Shown: positions 26,123 through 39,005 of the stretch, in pieces
Layout: every line of letters begins with the position of its first letter
How positions within the stretch are numbered: the first letter of the stretch is position 1
Assembly: GCA_028023455.1 (NCBI GenBank)
Contig: JAQFVV010000005.1
Location: 10,106,001-10,170,000 of the forward strand
Length of the DNA stretch: 64,000 nucleotides
Reading direction: 5' to 3'
Source of the DNA: Epiperipatus broadwayi
Lineage: Eukaryota > Animalia > Onychophora
Made by a program: the position numbers and the translations under genes
The notes under the pieces: generated by a model
Seen by the model: the letters and a program-made list of their open reading frames with translations, nothing else
What the model was told of the DNA's origin: nothing
Database searches by the model: none

Positions 26123-27249
26123 GTAATATTCTGCAGTGCTACGTATGTAATGGAGATAGTTATTAAGTATCATCCTTAATGTTCAAAAGAACAGCTTCAA
26201 AATATTGTTTAGACTTTAATCTCTAAGACTGTCTGCTCTTTGCATTTACTCTTCAAATATTATTAGACAATTTTTGCTGAATGATATTTTTCTTTTGTTT
26301 TATTTCTTTTATTCTTCACATGGTTTTCATAAATTCCTTTATCATCTAGTATATATTCAATCCATTTACTCTTTCAGTGCAATAATAAGTCTCTTAAACA
26401 TTTTAAAATGCTTTTATTTTATTCTCTTATTTTTATGACTTATTTTCTCTTAATTGTTTAAAATCTCAGCTTGATATAATGCTGACATCAAAACATTTAA
26501 CAAACCTTTATGTAACATCTAATTTTCAATGATCTACAATATAATAAATGTTTTATATTGAAAACCTATTTAGTCACTGGAATTGCCTAAAAATTTAAAA
26601 ATAAACTCAGTTTCAGTGAAGTGATTTGTCAATTTATAAAAAAGTTCTTATGGAATTTGAATATTTATTTGCTTGCTTTTTAATTTATTACTACATTGGG
26701 TGGGGTAGGCCATTTTAAAACAACCTTTTAGGGGTCTTCCACTTTTATGCTAGGCAGAACTATTCAAACACAATCACTTGCTTTGTTGAAACTTCTAAGT
26801 TAAATCAAGTTCCAACATCATTCAGTATAATTATATTGTCTTGTGCAAATATCACAACTAAGGTTTCTCAATCTGTTTAACCATTAAAATAGTTAAGAAC
26901 ATAATTGCTTGCAGAAAAGAACTAGTTCACAACTCAATACCTAAGTCTTATATGCTAAAGAAAAAGACTGAAATTAGAATTTCAAGATGGAAAGTGTGAT
27001 TGCATACAGAGATATTTATCACAATTAGTGTTGAGAGATGATCATTGACATATGAGAATCACAATGGCTGAATTTTATATTAATGATAGTATGCAGAGAG
27101 GAAACAAAAGATTGTTTGAATCATAATCTGGGATTTGACAAACCAACAATGTATCCTACAAAGCAGCAAAAACTCTGGTTTGGGCATTATTTGTTGGTTA
27201 TTGACATTCATATCTGAAAAACATGCATTATCCATGTTGTGGATTAACT

Positions 27250-27730
27250 TAGCAGAAATTTACCCTCAAATAATAGATCTGTCCTTTCTACAACTTTTCA
27301 AGAATTGATTCAATTTAGAATAAGACTGACAGATGAGAATAGTGATAAAAGGAAATAAATAGCCATTGGCATAAACAGGCCATTGAAAGCTATGTCAGGA
27401 ATCTCTTCATTTCCAATATGGACAAGGATCTTACTATGAAAGGGGATAATAACTCTCAAATAGATTCCAACCAATTGCAGTATGTTATGTTGTCCACAGT
27501 ATTGTAGAATGTAAGGAGGCATGCACAAAGCTGAGCAGAAAACTGCTAGCTACTATCATTACTATACCTGCACATGATGCAAGCCATTCATGGACTGGGA
27601 GTATCAGGATTTTATAGGAAAATCCACTGTATTCATCCTAAACATAAGCCATATTACTAACAACTGGAATTGCCTACTTCATCAATTATAATGAAGGTGA
27701 ACTATCTTAGCTAATTATTGTATTTACTCT
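27250..27730. repeat. Unclassified interspersed repeat, copy 1 (copy 2 at 41915-42395)
   Basis: Collinear same-orientation similarity, e.g. taagactgacagatgag vs taagactgaccaatgag, gaaagctatgtcag in both, atcattactatacctgcacatgatgcaa vs atcattaccatacctgcacatgaagcaa. Confidence 0.75.
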
Positions 27731-27922
27731 GTCTTTGAAATACTATATATATATATCAAAATTTTATCTGTGATAGCTATGAGTCTGGTGAAATTTACTG
27801 AAAATTTACTCAGCTGATTCTATCTCATCAAGAAAAAAAAATCGTTTATGCAGATGTTAAAACACTTTTGCAAATTTTAAATTACAAACATAAATGAAAG
27901 GAAAATCAATATATATATATAT

Positions 27923-28182
27923 ATAATAATTCAAACAAATATATTTAATACAGTATTCAAAATTAAATAATATATTCTTTACCAGAAGTACTTTCAATTG
28001 TTTCACTGACAATCTTTATCAACTGTTAATACAAAAAATAAAAACTTGCAAGTTTTTATTTTTTGTACGTTTGTATTAACAGTTGATAAAGATTGTCAGT
28101 GAAACAATTGAAAGTACTTCTGGTAAAGAATATATTATTTAATTTTGAATACTGTATTAAATATATTTGTTTGAATTATTAT
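27923..28182. repeat. 260-bp spacer-less palindrome
   Basis: The 126-bp left arm is the exact reverse complement of the right arm apart from an 8-nt insertion cgtttgta (28068-28075). Centre is cttg|caag at 28048/28049. Confidence 0.95.
28083..28122 (+). other. Candidate 40-nt exon inside the palindrome
   Basis: gtttttattttttgtacgtttgtattaacAG|ttgataaag...gtacttctg|GTaaag. Frame 0 is open (LIKIVSETIESTS). Confidence 0.3.
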
Positions 28183-28499
28183 TATATAATTTAAAAATAC
28201 AGACATTTAATGGTTGTAGTTATATATATATATATATATATATATTGTACCCTCACTTCTCGATATATAATATAATTTAAAATATGACTAGCTCAATAAA
28301 ATCATTATACTCAGCTAAAATATGTACAACTATCTTTAATATATTTTTATAATATTATAACTTATCAGATTTATTACAAACTTATCAAAAATTAATATAG
28401 TTCAATATTATGTACTAATTAAATAAATATTTACTAAAATCATGAGACTGTGAAGTGAAGTTACAATTGGTAATCAGATTTACATTGAGTCAATGTCTT

Positions 28500-31400
28500 T
28501 CCAAGACACTGTCTCAATGGCATAAGAATACTATTACTTCTTCATTATCTCATTCCTAACTCTACAGCACTCTTATGACTTTTATAAATGAATTATCTTT
28601 AATAATAATAGATAAATAAATCTCAATCTTTTGTTAAAGAAATATAATTAAAATGATCTCAGGTTCTTCTAATTATCTTAAAGTAATAATAATTCATGTA
28701 AATAGGAATGATAAGGGATTTAATATCAAACCTAAATACACCTAACTTATTCTAATAACAATAACTGACAATAATAATCTTTAGTGTATAGCTTAATCTT
28801 ATCTATTTGATTATACCATTAATCATTAAGAAAATAAGTAAATCATATGCATGTCTTTCATTTCCATATAGTATCTTAATTTTAAAATATACCAAAATAT
28901 TATAATTTAATAATCTGTGGCAATAAATAATATTATACTCTTATATTGTGCATTATAATTACTTTATGACCATTGTAATATTATATGTTAATGTCAATCC
29001 ATTTCTATAAATTATATTAAGAAAATATTATGTTTCTTACTAAAAATAAAAATAATAATAAATTCATATTGTGCAAATATTATGTACATTCAAATTATCT
29101 GTTGTCAAATGCTGTGGTGTAAAATAATGAATTCGACACATCTTTTAAACAACTTAACAAATTTATTTACATCAACTTTAACAAATAATTTATTTACACT
29201 ATTTACATTTAAATGGAACTAAAGAAAATAAACAAAAATAAGAAAAATAATAATACAAGTTTTACACTGTTATTATTTCTATAATCACAAGTAGATAATT
29301 TATACATTTATTAAATGTTCTATCAATAACATTTAATTAAGATTATGACTTTAATTTTAATAAAAATCATTTGTCATCAATTAATATAAGAAAAGGTTTA
29401 TGTGAAATATCATTCATGTAGCATATATGTAAGTAAATAGACTTTAATAATTAAAATGCTATTTCACTTAAGTCTTACTGCTGTTTTTATTATAATGTAC
29501 TAGTATGTATTAAATGTACCATTAATATCACTCAAAGATCAATTAATGTATAACTTGATATAACTTTGTAGTATAATAACAATTATTGATTATCACTGTT
29601 TATTTCATTCCGATATAATGTCACACTACATGTCTTATCAAAATATGCAATAGGTATATGTTCTTTTAAAAAATAATATTTTAAAATTATTCAACAATTT
29701 CAAATTTTATAAAGTATTATATCAAATAAAAATTCTATGATTCTTTTCCATTTTAAAACTATTACTCTTCTTTACTTGTTATTCTTATTCCTTCCTAATA
29801 AACTTCTATCTACAAATATCATTTTAACCTTATTTGACTTTAGAAAAATAGACGACCCATTTTTAAATAAAATAATAACGATCCAAACTCTCTTATACCT
29901 CATCCTCTGTATACAATAAGCCTCCAATCAAGATATAAATTTCTATGTAAAATTAACTTACTTATCTAATAAAAATATAAAAAAATAAAAATACAGACTT
30001 TATATACTTCTTACTAACTTGAAAAGAAAATAAATAAATTTATGCTAATAAAATCTAATTCCTAATATTGTAACAAAAAAAATATTAAAATTTACTTACG
30101 AAAGAATCATATAATTATTTCTAGGTTCTCATATTACGTTGTACTAAATTTACATCATCAATTTAAAATATGCATATTAAAATAAAACTGCTATTATTAA
30201 TCTTATGTGTTTATATTATTTAAACATTAATACATTCATTCAATAATCATATAACATTTGGCTGATCTAAAGAAAACATAGTAAATACATCAAATTATTA
30301 TTATTATTACACAATTTTTACCATAAATGATACTTCAATGTACAGTCCATCACAAGATGTCCTCCAGGATTCCAGTTTTACAAAATAATTTCACATTTAC
30401 ACTCAACAATTATTCTTTAAAATATTACGTGTTGTATAATTATAAAATAAACTTTATGCAATAAAAAATTATATTAATATTTAGTTATTACTTTTAAAAA
30501 AATGTAAATGTACCTTTCCTATCTTTCAATAAATTAATAATTAATTAAATATTTATGTTAGTTAATAATTTAAACATATTACATAACATCCAACGGTGTC
30601 TTCTTCCAGCTATAATTGTTCTTTTTCCTAGGCATAGATTTTCATCAAACATTACTTCCTTTTCCGGTACATCACGTGTCTTTAAAAGTTTTTATGAAAT
30701 AAATGAAAACGTTCTTTTTTTAAAAAAAATAAAGAAAAGTCAGTTCCATCATAAAACAAAAAATAAAATTAAAATAGTTTATAGGATCCAGGTTCATTTC
30801 TTTTTAAGGAAAAATATTATTATTTAAAAGTTATTATTTTTAGCATTAGTCAATAGTTTATAAAGTTCTTGTTTAATTATTTTAATTGATTTGGATATCC
30901 ATGTATATTTGCGCATTCCGTAACAGATATTTAGGTAAGATTATTTTTAGAGTCTTCTATACGACCAGCGTTCAGACTTTAATAATATCATAATTTGACT
31001 TATAAGTATTTCTTGACCTATTAAATTTTCAATTTATTTGCCTTTTAAAACTATTAAAATGTAGTCTTTTAAACCATAAAGACTTAACAAGGCAAGTATT
31101 TATGTAATCATTATTACTTATCATCTTTACTAAGTTATATACTTAGATTTATAATTCACAAATACTTTCTTCATAAAGAAGTATTTCTCATTCTTTTAAA
31201 TATCTATTTTATAAAAATTAGTTACCATTAGCTTTTAAATTTATACAAAGTCCAACGTATTATTTTTATGCATCTAGAAACTCTCCTAGTTAATCCAGCG
31301 TTTGTTAAATTTTCAGTATAACGTCTCCAATACATTTTATCCTTAAACGATGTTTCCATGACCATTTGATAGTAAATTGAGCTTTGATCAAGACGATAGG

Positions 31401-32500
31401 AAATTATAATTAAAATTAACACTGCATATTTATCGATAAACTTTTATAAATTATTTTTAAAAAACTACTCTCTAATAATTTTAAAACGATTTTGAGAGCG
31501 TCTATAATCACTTAGCTATTTTTAATAGCACACTCTACTTTAAGAATTTCAATCACAAGTCCCCTCCAAACAATTGAACCTTGGTTTTATACCGGAAGAA
31601 AACTCCCACTTGATTGGTGAATTAAACAATCGACTTGCTAGCTTATTTACATATTTTACCAACAAGACAGAATTAAAAATAAATAATGACTTATTTAATA
31701 TTTATTATTTATCACATTATTAAATTCTTAAATTAATCCTTATCATTTATTTAAATCTATTAAACATTTTTTTTAAAACATTCTTTCTTACTTAATTTCA
31801 CGTTTAACTTTTATAAGATTATTTTTATAAATAAACTAAGTCTATTTTTATTCGTTATGTTTTTAAGCAGTATTTTAAAAATCAAATTTAATATTTCACA
31901 TTAATTATTCTTATTTTATCTCATGATAGCCAATATAATATTTATAAATTTTATAACAGAATTTTTAAAATAGCTTTGCAACTTTACTAAAAAAAACTCC
32001 CAAGCATGTGTGTATGTGTTTAATTAACATCTGTTTTACAACAGAGCTACAGACGCTTGTAATAATCTAAAAATAAACTAACAATTCATTTTTTAAAAAT
32101 AAATATTTTTAAAATAAATAATATCTTCTAACAACTTTTAAAATAATACTTTGATATTATTAAAATCAAATATTAATCTTCTATCATGTACTACTAATAA
32201 TTAAAATATTTATATTCATTTATTAAATTTTAATCTTTATCAACAATAAATATATGCATTTAATTTTAACTTGTCTTTTTAAAACTTTAACTTTAAACAT
32301 TTATTTATTAAATTTATTAATGCAGTATTGATCATGGCCAGTTTTCCCAACCATATATCATTATCACTCCCATTGAAATGTCTCTCTCAAACATCAGCAC
32401 AATTTTTACATATCAAATACTCATGAATTACTTTAGTTACATTTTTTAAAAGATTGTTCTAAACAAAATTAACATCATATAATTAAATATATCTTAAATT
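28500..32500 (-). mobile_element. Degenerate Gypsy pol (RT-RNase H-integrase) with a possible env remnant at the left end
   Basis: Hand translation of the minus strand gives RT-like ETFQ (32373-32384) and LINKCLKL, RNase H-like WRGLVIE...VIIDAL (31494-31560), and integrase-like KCEI, HLVMD and FVSKF*YFFC (30050-30410). 28500-29600 has Cys-containing fragments (NIIYCH) that are only suggestive of env. Confidence 0.45.
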
Positions 32501-32857
32501 TAAAATTTTTTAAATAGATTGATATATCAATTTATGGAGACCCAATATATATAAAGTAATGTAATACATTTAATAAATATTTTTATATTTCTTTTCAGAG
32601 TTGTGTGTCATTTTTTTGTGACTAAGAATATTATTCTCAATCATACTAAATATAAACACAACAGAATTGATGTAGTCAACAGGATCTTACTCTCATGGAT
32701 TGTTTAGAACTTTGTCATTAGTTTGTAAGAAAAATTGACAGATAACATTATTAGCATATCAATAAAAAAGAATCAAACACTAAAGGTTGCTTATTTTCTG
32801 TAAAGAAAAGTTGAAGAAATACATTTTTTTCTCTCACAGTGAGGAAAAAAAATCAAA

Positions 32858-34000
32858 ATGACAAATATTAGTTTCCTAAAAGAATCTGATCCTGTCAATT
32901 CCAAAAATTGGCCATCATATGTGAAATCAAGTTAGGCCTCTTTCTGATGGCAAATCCAAATCCAAAAATTAGAATTAAAGGTAGCATCATTTATATGAAT
33001 TTGCAGTTATTCAATATATGAAAGCTTATGATGTCAGTCAATCCTTACACATTCTTCTGAATTAGATTTAGTACAGTAATATCTTTTCTGGGAGCTTATT
33101 TACAACACTTCCTAACATTCTATTTTAATCTCCATGTCCTGGAGAAAGAAGAGGTTATAGATTTTGCCATAGATAGCTAGTACTGAATTCCGAGATTCCA
33201 AAGATTTCTTAAATAAAACTCTGAAGTCTATTTCATTTATAAAATAGAGACTACATCCTATGTCAAGCTGTTAATGGAACATCCGAGGTGATTTTAAGTT
33301 TACAGAAGTCAGATGGCTTCATTAAAGAAAATTACCTCAGTATTAAAGTTCAGTCAGAAAATAGTCAAATTAATACCTATTGATAATATTTAAAACTGCT
33401 ACAATAAATTGACAAAAATAAACATAAAAGTTTGATATAGATGTGACAAGCCACAACATGCATAAACCAAATGTCTATATTGATTTATAAAGTGTAAGTA
33501 TTATAATTAATTCAGTGATATAGAAACTGCACATTTGAAAGAGAAGAGCAATTCATTCAGAAAAGAATATAAGAGTTTATTCTAAAACATAAGAGGCACT
33601 GATTCAATCCTTGAAGAACAAATCATAATAATATGCTAATAACCATGGAAGTGGATTTTGAATCTGAAGTGTCTACTATATCAAAGAATATATGAGACAT
33701 CAACAAAAAAATAATTGGATGCAATCTAGCAGTAGAGTGATTACTGATTACCAAGTCAATCAAATGGCACTCATGAGTGAAACAAGTTAAAATTATCTGA
33801 ACTATGGTGAACACAGCAATCTACTAGGCAGTGGCTGCTTCAGTTACTTTTTATATACAGTAATTAGAGTAAAAACCAGCTCACAAATAGAAAATTTTTT
33901 AAAAGGGATCATCCAGAGATGACTGATAGTACGCTGAATCTATCTTAGGAGAGATCTGTCAGTCCTTAGACCTAATCCATATGGATGGTCACAGAAACAA
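32858..34000 (+). mobile_element. Second Mag-like Gypsy fragment (gag + protease)
   Basis: gag N-terminus ESDPVNSKNWPSYVK../LFLMAN (32882-32960), CCHC-knuckle remnant YRCDKPQHA..KC (33436-33480), protease-like MEVDFESEVSTIS (33645) followed by an LLG..WL-like segment. Confidence 0.6.
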
Positions 34001-34739
34001 AAATTATATTGCTGAAAGGTGGATAGGTACTTGGGCCCTATGTTGTATGTTCGAAGGGACCATTAAATTGATTCTAGAAATCATCATAAGCATAAAAGAC
34101 TTGCATATTATGGTTATCCTGATTTAGATTGGCAATACTGTCACAGTTACAGTTATCAATTAAAAGCAGATTATGAACACCATGCAATAACCAGATTCCA
34201 TAAAACATCCAGACAACAAATAATACAGATCAAATGAATAATCCAGACTTCAGAATAATTGAAACCAAGTCAAAAGAAGATGTCTTAAATGTTCACCATG
34301 ATATCTTAAGGATTATGTACTGTAATTGAAAAAGAAAGAATATATAAATAATAAGAATCTCTTGTGAAATTGCCTAAAAATATAAATGATTGAAATAATA
34401 ATGCTACTACTAACTCAATAATGATAATAATATTGGTTAAATAATTATTATTGGCTAATCCCAAAATTCAAATGCCATTTGCCACAATAATAATAAATAA
34501 TAAGCATTATTAAGATAAATGTAATATTCTAGTAAATTAAGAGGAGGAGACTTCTCATACTTACTCTTTTAAAATATAATAGCTCTTAATATTGGAAGTA
34601 TATATCATTAAAGAGTGTTAGGTTATTTTAAATTCTTATCACAAAACATCTTCAAATACAACAAATAACTATAATGAGTATCTTATTATGAAAAGATTTA
34701 ACATTAGATTTCTTTTATTAAATAGAAGCATGTTTTCTT

Positions 34740-36330
34740 AAGTTCTACCACATTCACTTTTTCTTAAAAATAATTTGTCCTTAAATGAAATAATCTTATG
34801 TAATAATCTTGTGTATAAAATTATCTCAGGGTTCACATGATTAATATTGTAATAGTCAGAAATGTGTGATTTGTTAACATAGTGCAGAATTCGACCACCA
34901 CACAGAACTGCAGCACCATCTAGGTAGCAAAGCCATCCATAGTACTGAGTTTGAACATAGTTTATCAGTTCCACAATACAATCTACGAAACAATGCATAC
35001 ATTAGTAAATACTTCTTTAAGCATGGTGATCAGGGAGATGCAAGAGAATCAAGAATTTTATTTTGAGTTAGCCAATAATAACACTAATATTAGATATTAT
35101 ACAGAATCGAGGAAATATTATATGGAATGGGTATCGAATTAATAAAGATGTAACAGCAGATGTATAGTTTGAAATTATTTATTTAAAACATTTTATAATA
35201 ACTCATTTAACTAATAATATTTGGCAAGATTTAAATCTCAGTAGCGGGATTTTCCGATACTGTTATATATTAAAGAGATACATTTATTTATTTAGAAATA
35301 TTTTATGTGAAATCATTTAACCAATAATACTTTATATTTAAATCTCAGTAGCGGTGTTTCTGATACTGTTATATTTATAGAGAAATACATTTATTTGGCT
35401 GACGTAATCTAGCTACCTAAAATTCTCGAGTAAGTATTTCAAGAGCATGCCTTCAGGGATTTATACCTTTGCAATGCAAGAATCTAAAGTAGGATTAATC
35501 ATAGTGGTGGACATATATTTATTTAATTAAAGATATTTATTAATTACTATGGGCAAACATTTAGTTGAGAGTGAGTTATGTCACTAATGCAGAGATGGAG
35601 TTATACATTGAATAATAAAGTTAATACAAAGAAAACACGTGGTCCATCTATAAAGGCGATATAAGGGTGGCAGTATATTGAAACTGCAAAGCCATGGATG
35701 AGTTTAGAACAATGGGCTGGTGTTTGCCATAGGCCCAAAGAGATAAGGTGTCACATAAGGATAACCAGGGGAAAGTGGTTCATGCCACGATTGCTTCTTG
35801 GCTGTGTGACATTTGTCATATCCTATGGCAACATTTATTTGCCCGCTTGTGTAGGATGACAGGAATTAATTTCTGGCTATAGAATCTGAAGTATCCACGG
35901 CTTATAACAGGTCATCATGTCTCCAAAACATAACATGTATAATCTACAGACTATTCTGTTAAGATTGAAATATATTTTTATAACTCAGCCCTACATTATC
36001 AACATTTAATAAAGAACGTTTGCGACTCTCAAAGAAATATAATTTACGGAATTATTACTTAAAACTTAATAAAATATAAAACAATAGGTAGGCTGGGTGA
36101 GTATTAATAACTAATATGTCAGCCACTTGCTAAATAGTAGACCCCGCATTACAATAAATGAAGCATTTAGAAAATTATGGAGATTTCCGAGTGGACTATC
36201 CAACAGTATAGAAAAGAAATATATTAAGAGGCCATTGGACAAAATGGCATCCATCTTGATTAAAATAAATTTAAACTTGGCAAGGTCCGGTCGGAAATCT
36301 TTTAAGCATGCGATAATTAAATAATATACC
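34740..36330 (-). mobile_element. Possible protease/gag/leader part of the minus-strand Gypsy element
   Basis: ORF 34738-34998 contains CYLDGAAVLC (34909-34926), similar to an LD(T)GA aspartic-protease motif. The region retains CpGs like 29100-32100. Confidence 0.3.
35206..35397. repeat. Two-unit tandem duplication, period 107 bp
   Basis: aatctcagtagcgg at 35234 and 35341, with shared flanks gatactgttatat...atacatttattt. Confidence 0.85.
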
Positions 36331-37136
36331 TGTAAAATTTAGAAATACGTACCCAAGAAAGATAGAATTAGGTAAGCTAGATTATTAATGAAATTTACAT
36401 AATATATTAATTATTAAATTTATAGTTTTACAAATGAGAATTTTACAGTTTATAAGTTATATAAAAAATGAGCTATAGCATGATATTAGTAGAGTACTCT
36501 AGAGCTTGGGCACAGGTACCTGTTTTATACATTTTCCAAATCAGTGGTCAGTAGCAAATTGTTAATGATTCCAGCAGTAGCAGTTCTTTCCAGCATTTAG
36601 GTGATTTAGTTAATTGAATAGCAGAAGCAGCTTTCTGATTGTGGGCAGCAGATCCTTTTGGTTGATTTTATGGAGGGCAATGGGTGTAGGTTCGCGGCAG
36701 ACAATTGACCATCTCCAGGGAGAATAGTCTTTGGCACTTTCTACTCACACATACTGTGGCAAGTAAATCAATATATATATATATATATATTGAGACTCTC
36801 AACTGATTGAGAGCACAGCTAAAGTTCAACTGAAAGTTCTGAGAAAGTCCAAAATGTCCTTCGTTCTTGATTTTATCTTTTTACTTTTTTGTTATATTTT
36901 ATTTTTGGATTCGATCATTTGCCCCGAGGATAATCAATGCATTCTTATACGTTTAATTTATATAGAAAGCTGCTTTACTATTGTTCACATTTAATTTTAC
37001 ATTTACATTTTTGGTAATTACATTTTAGGGAATTTTTCTTTTTAATTAATCTATTATCTCTCACCGACTGTTACTTTTAAAATTTCAATTACAAAAGGGA
37101 ACATACGATTATTTTTACTTTTAATTAAATATTACA
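36331..37136. repeat. Putative LTR-like segment
   Basis: Ends TGTAAAATT...AATATTACA form imperfect inverted termini. Internal (TA)n is followed by the hairpin CTCTCAA-ctga-TTGAGAG. No TSD or partner LTR found. Confidence 0.25.
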
Positions 37137-38665
37137 ATCAGATTTCTAAAATTATTATTAAATGAAATTTAAACAAAGCAATAAATAATGAACTTTATAA
37201 TTTAAAATAAATGGTTAAAATTATATATTTTTATATACTAAAAAAAATACAAATTGCATTAATTATTTTTATCTAATGCTTTAAATTTGTTATCGAAACG
37301 TGTGTGTGTTTATGGTGGATTTTACATATATTTATACATTTTTAATATTTCTACACACACAATTCGATACCAAAAAAGTTTAAATTTGGGTAGGATAGAG
37401 TGGTGGGTGAGAGACGATAGAAAAGGTGAAACTTAAGATTCGAATATGAATCTTACTGTTTCAATATTCTAATAATTTCTAATTTTGTTCTTCTCTTTTA
37501 ATCTTTTAACTTAGTAAAACAACAAAGCAATGAGATATATCTTTTAAGATAATGTCTCATAATCTTACAATAATACATTTAAAATTTAAACTAACATGAA
37601 AACCTCTTAATTTGGAATAAAGACAATATACTATGATAACATTCATGATATAATGAGAATATAATACTACTAAATTCTCTTTTAATATTCTTCTGAAGTA
37701 AAACCAAGGAATTCTGTCATTTCAATTTATAATGAGTATGTAAAGTGATCTTCTAATAATGTAAAATAATCTTTAAAATAAGTCCAATGATTTTTTAAGT
37801 AAATAAAATTGACTAAAATGATATTGCATCAGATGAATAAATAATTATAATTCTTTCTAATAAATAAAATGACCTATTTTTTGCTGTTCTCTTAACATTA
37901 GAAATGCAATTTACATAAAGTGACTTTCATGTTAAATCCTTGATATTCATGTATTCTCAATGAGTGACAACTAAATATATTTGTGTGGGGAACATCATAG
38001 TGTTTAGTTTTCTGAAAGAGTGCAGCTGATGATAGAAGTGAGAAAACTTGTTTTAACAATAAAAGTAACATTTATTTTGATATTAAAGACATTCAAAAAA
38101 CAAACAATCTAGCTGTTATAGGATTATCAAAATGAATTTTTCAAACCAAATAATCAAAGTATAATATGAAGAAAAAATTACGAATTACAAACAAAACCTT
38201 CTATAGCACTAATATTTTGAATAAATTCTACCGTTAGACAAACAATCTTTCAATTATAATGTTCTTAATGAACATATTTAATACCCCTATTAAAATATAA
38301 ACTTACCAAACTATATGATGTGATGAATGCTGATGAAAATGTATTATTATTTATTGAAGCCACATGTACAATTTGAAATTTAAATATTTTATTTGATTTG
38401 CATCTTGAGCTAGGCACAGCTACAAGACCTACACATCAAAATAAACAAGCTACAATTAGATAGACTAAGAACACATCTGAAGGTAAGTAAGGTGGCATTC
38501 CTCAGTACTTACAACAATATCAATTGTCAGAATAAAGTCATGGTAATACACTCCCCATGACTTTATACAAAAATACATCACAAAGAATATCCACATTAGG
38601 GGCATAAACCCAAGGAAAAACCACCTATATTTGAGGGTGATAAATGACTATGTCATTATCACTAG

Positions 38666-39005
38666 TCATAAAGATAATGAGAATGAACCATCAAGAATGA
38701 ACAACACTAAAAAAGGGATTTGTTTCAATAAAGTTTTAAATGCTTAAATATAAGATACATGAACAATATAATTCCCTAGAAAATATAACAAACTAAGAGA
38801 TTAAGCTTCAATCTCTGAAATATATTGGCAAAATCATAAAGATAATGAGAATGAACCATCAAGAATGAACAACAATAATAAAGGGATTTTTTTCAATAAA
38901 GCATTACATGCTTGAATATAAAATATATGAACATTATAATTCACTAAAAAATATAATAGACTAAAAGAGAGATGAAGCCAAAATCTCTGAAATATGCTGG
39001 CAAGA
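38666..39005. repeat. Two-unit tandem duplication, period 168 bp
   Basis: tcataaagataatgagaatgaaccatcaagaatgaacaac at 38666 and 38834; similarity continues to aatctctgaaatat..ggcaa in both units. Confidence 0.9.
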
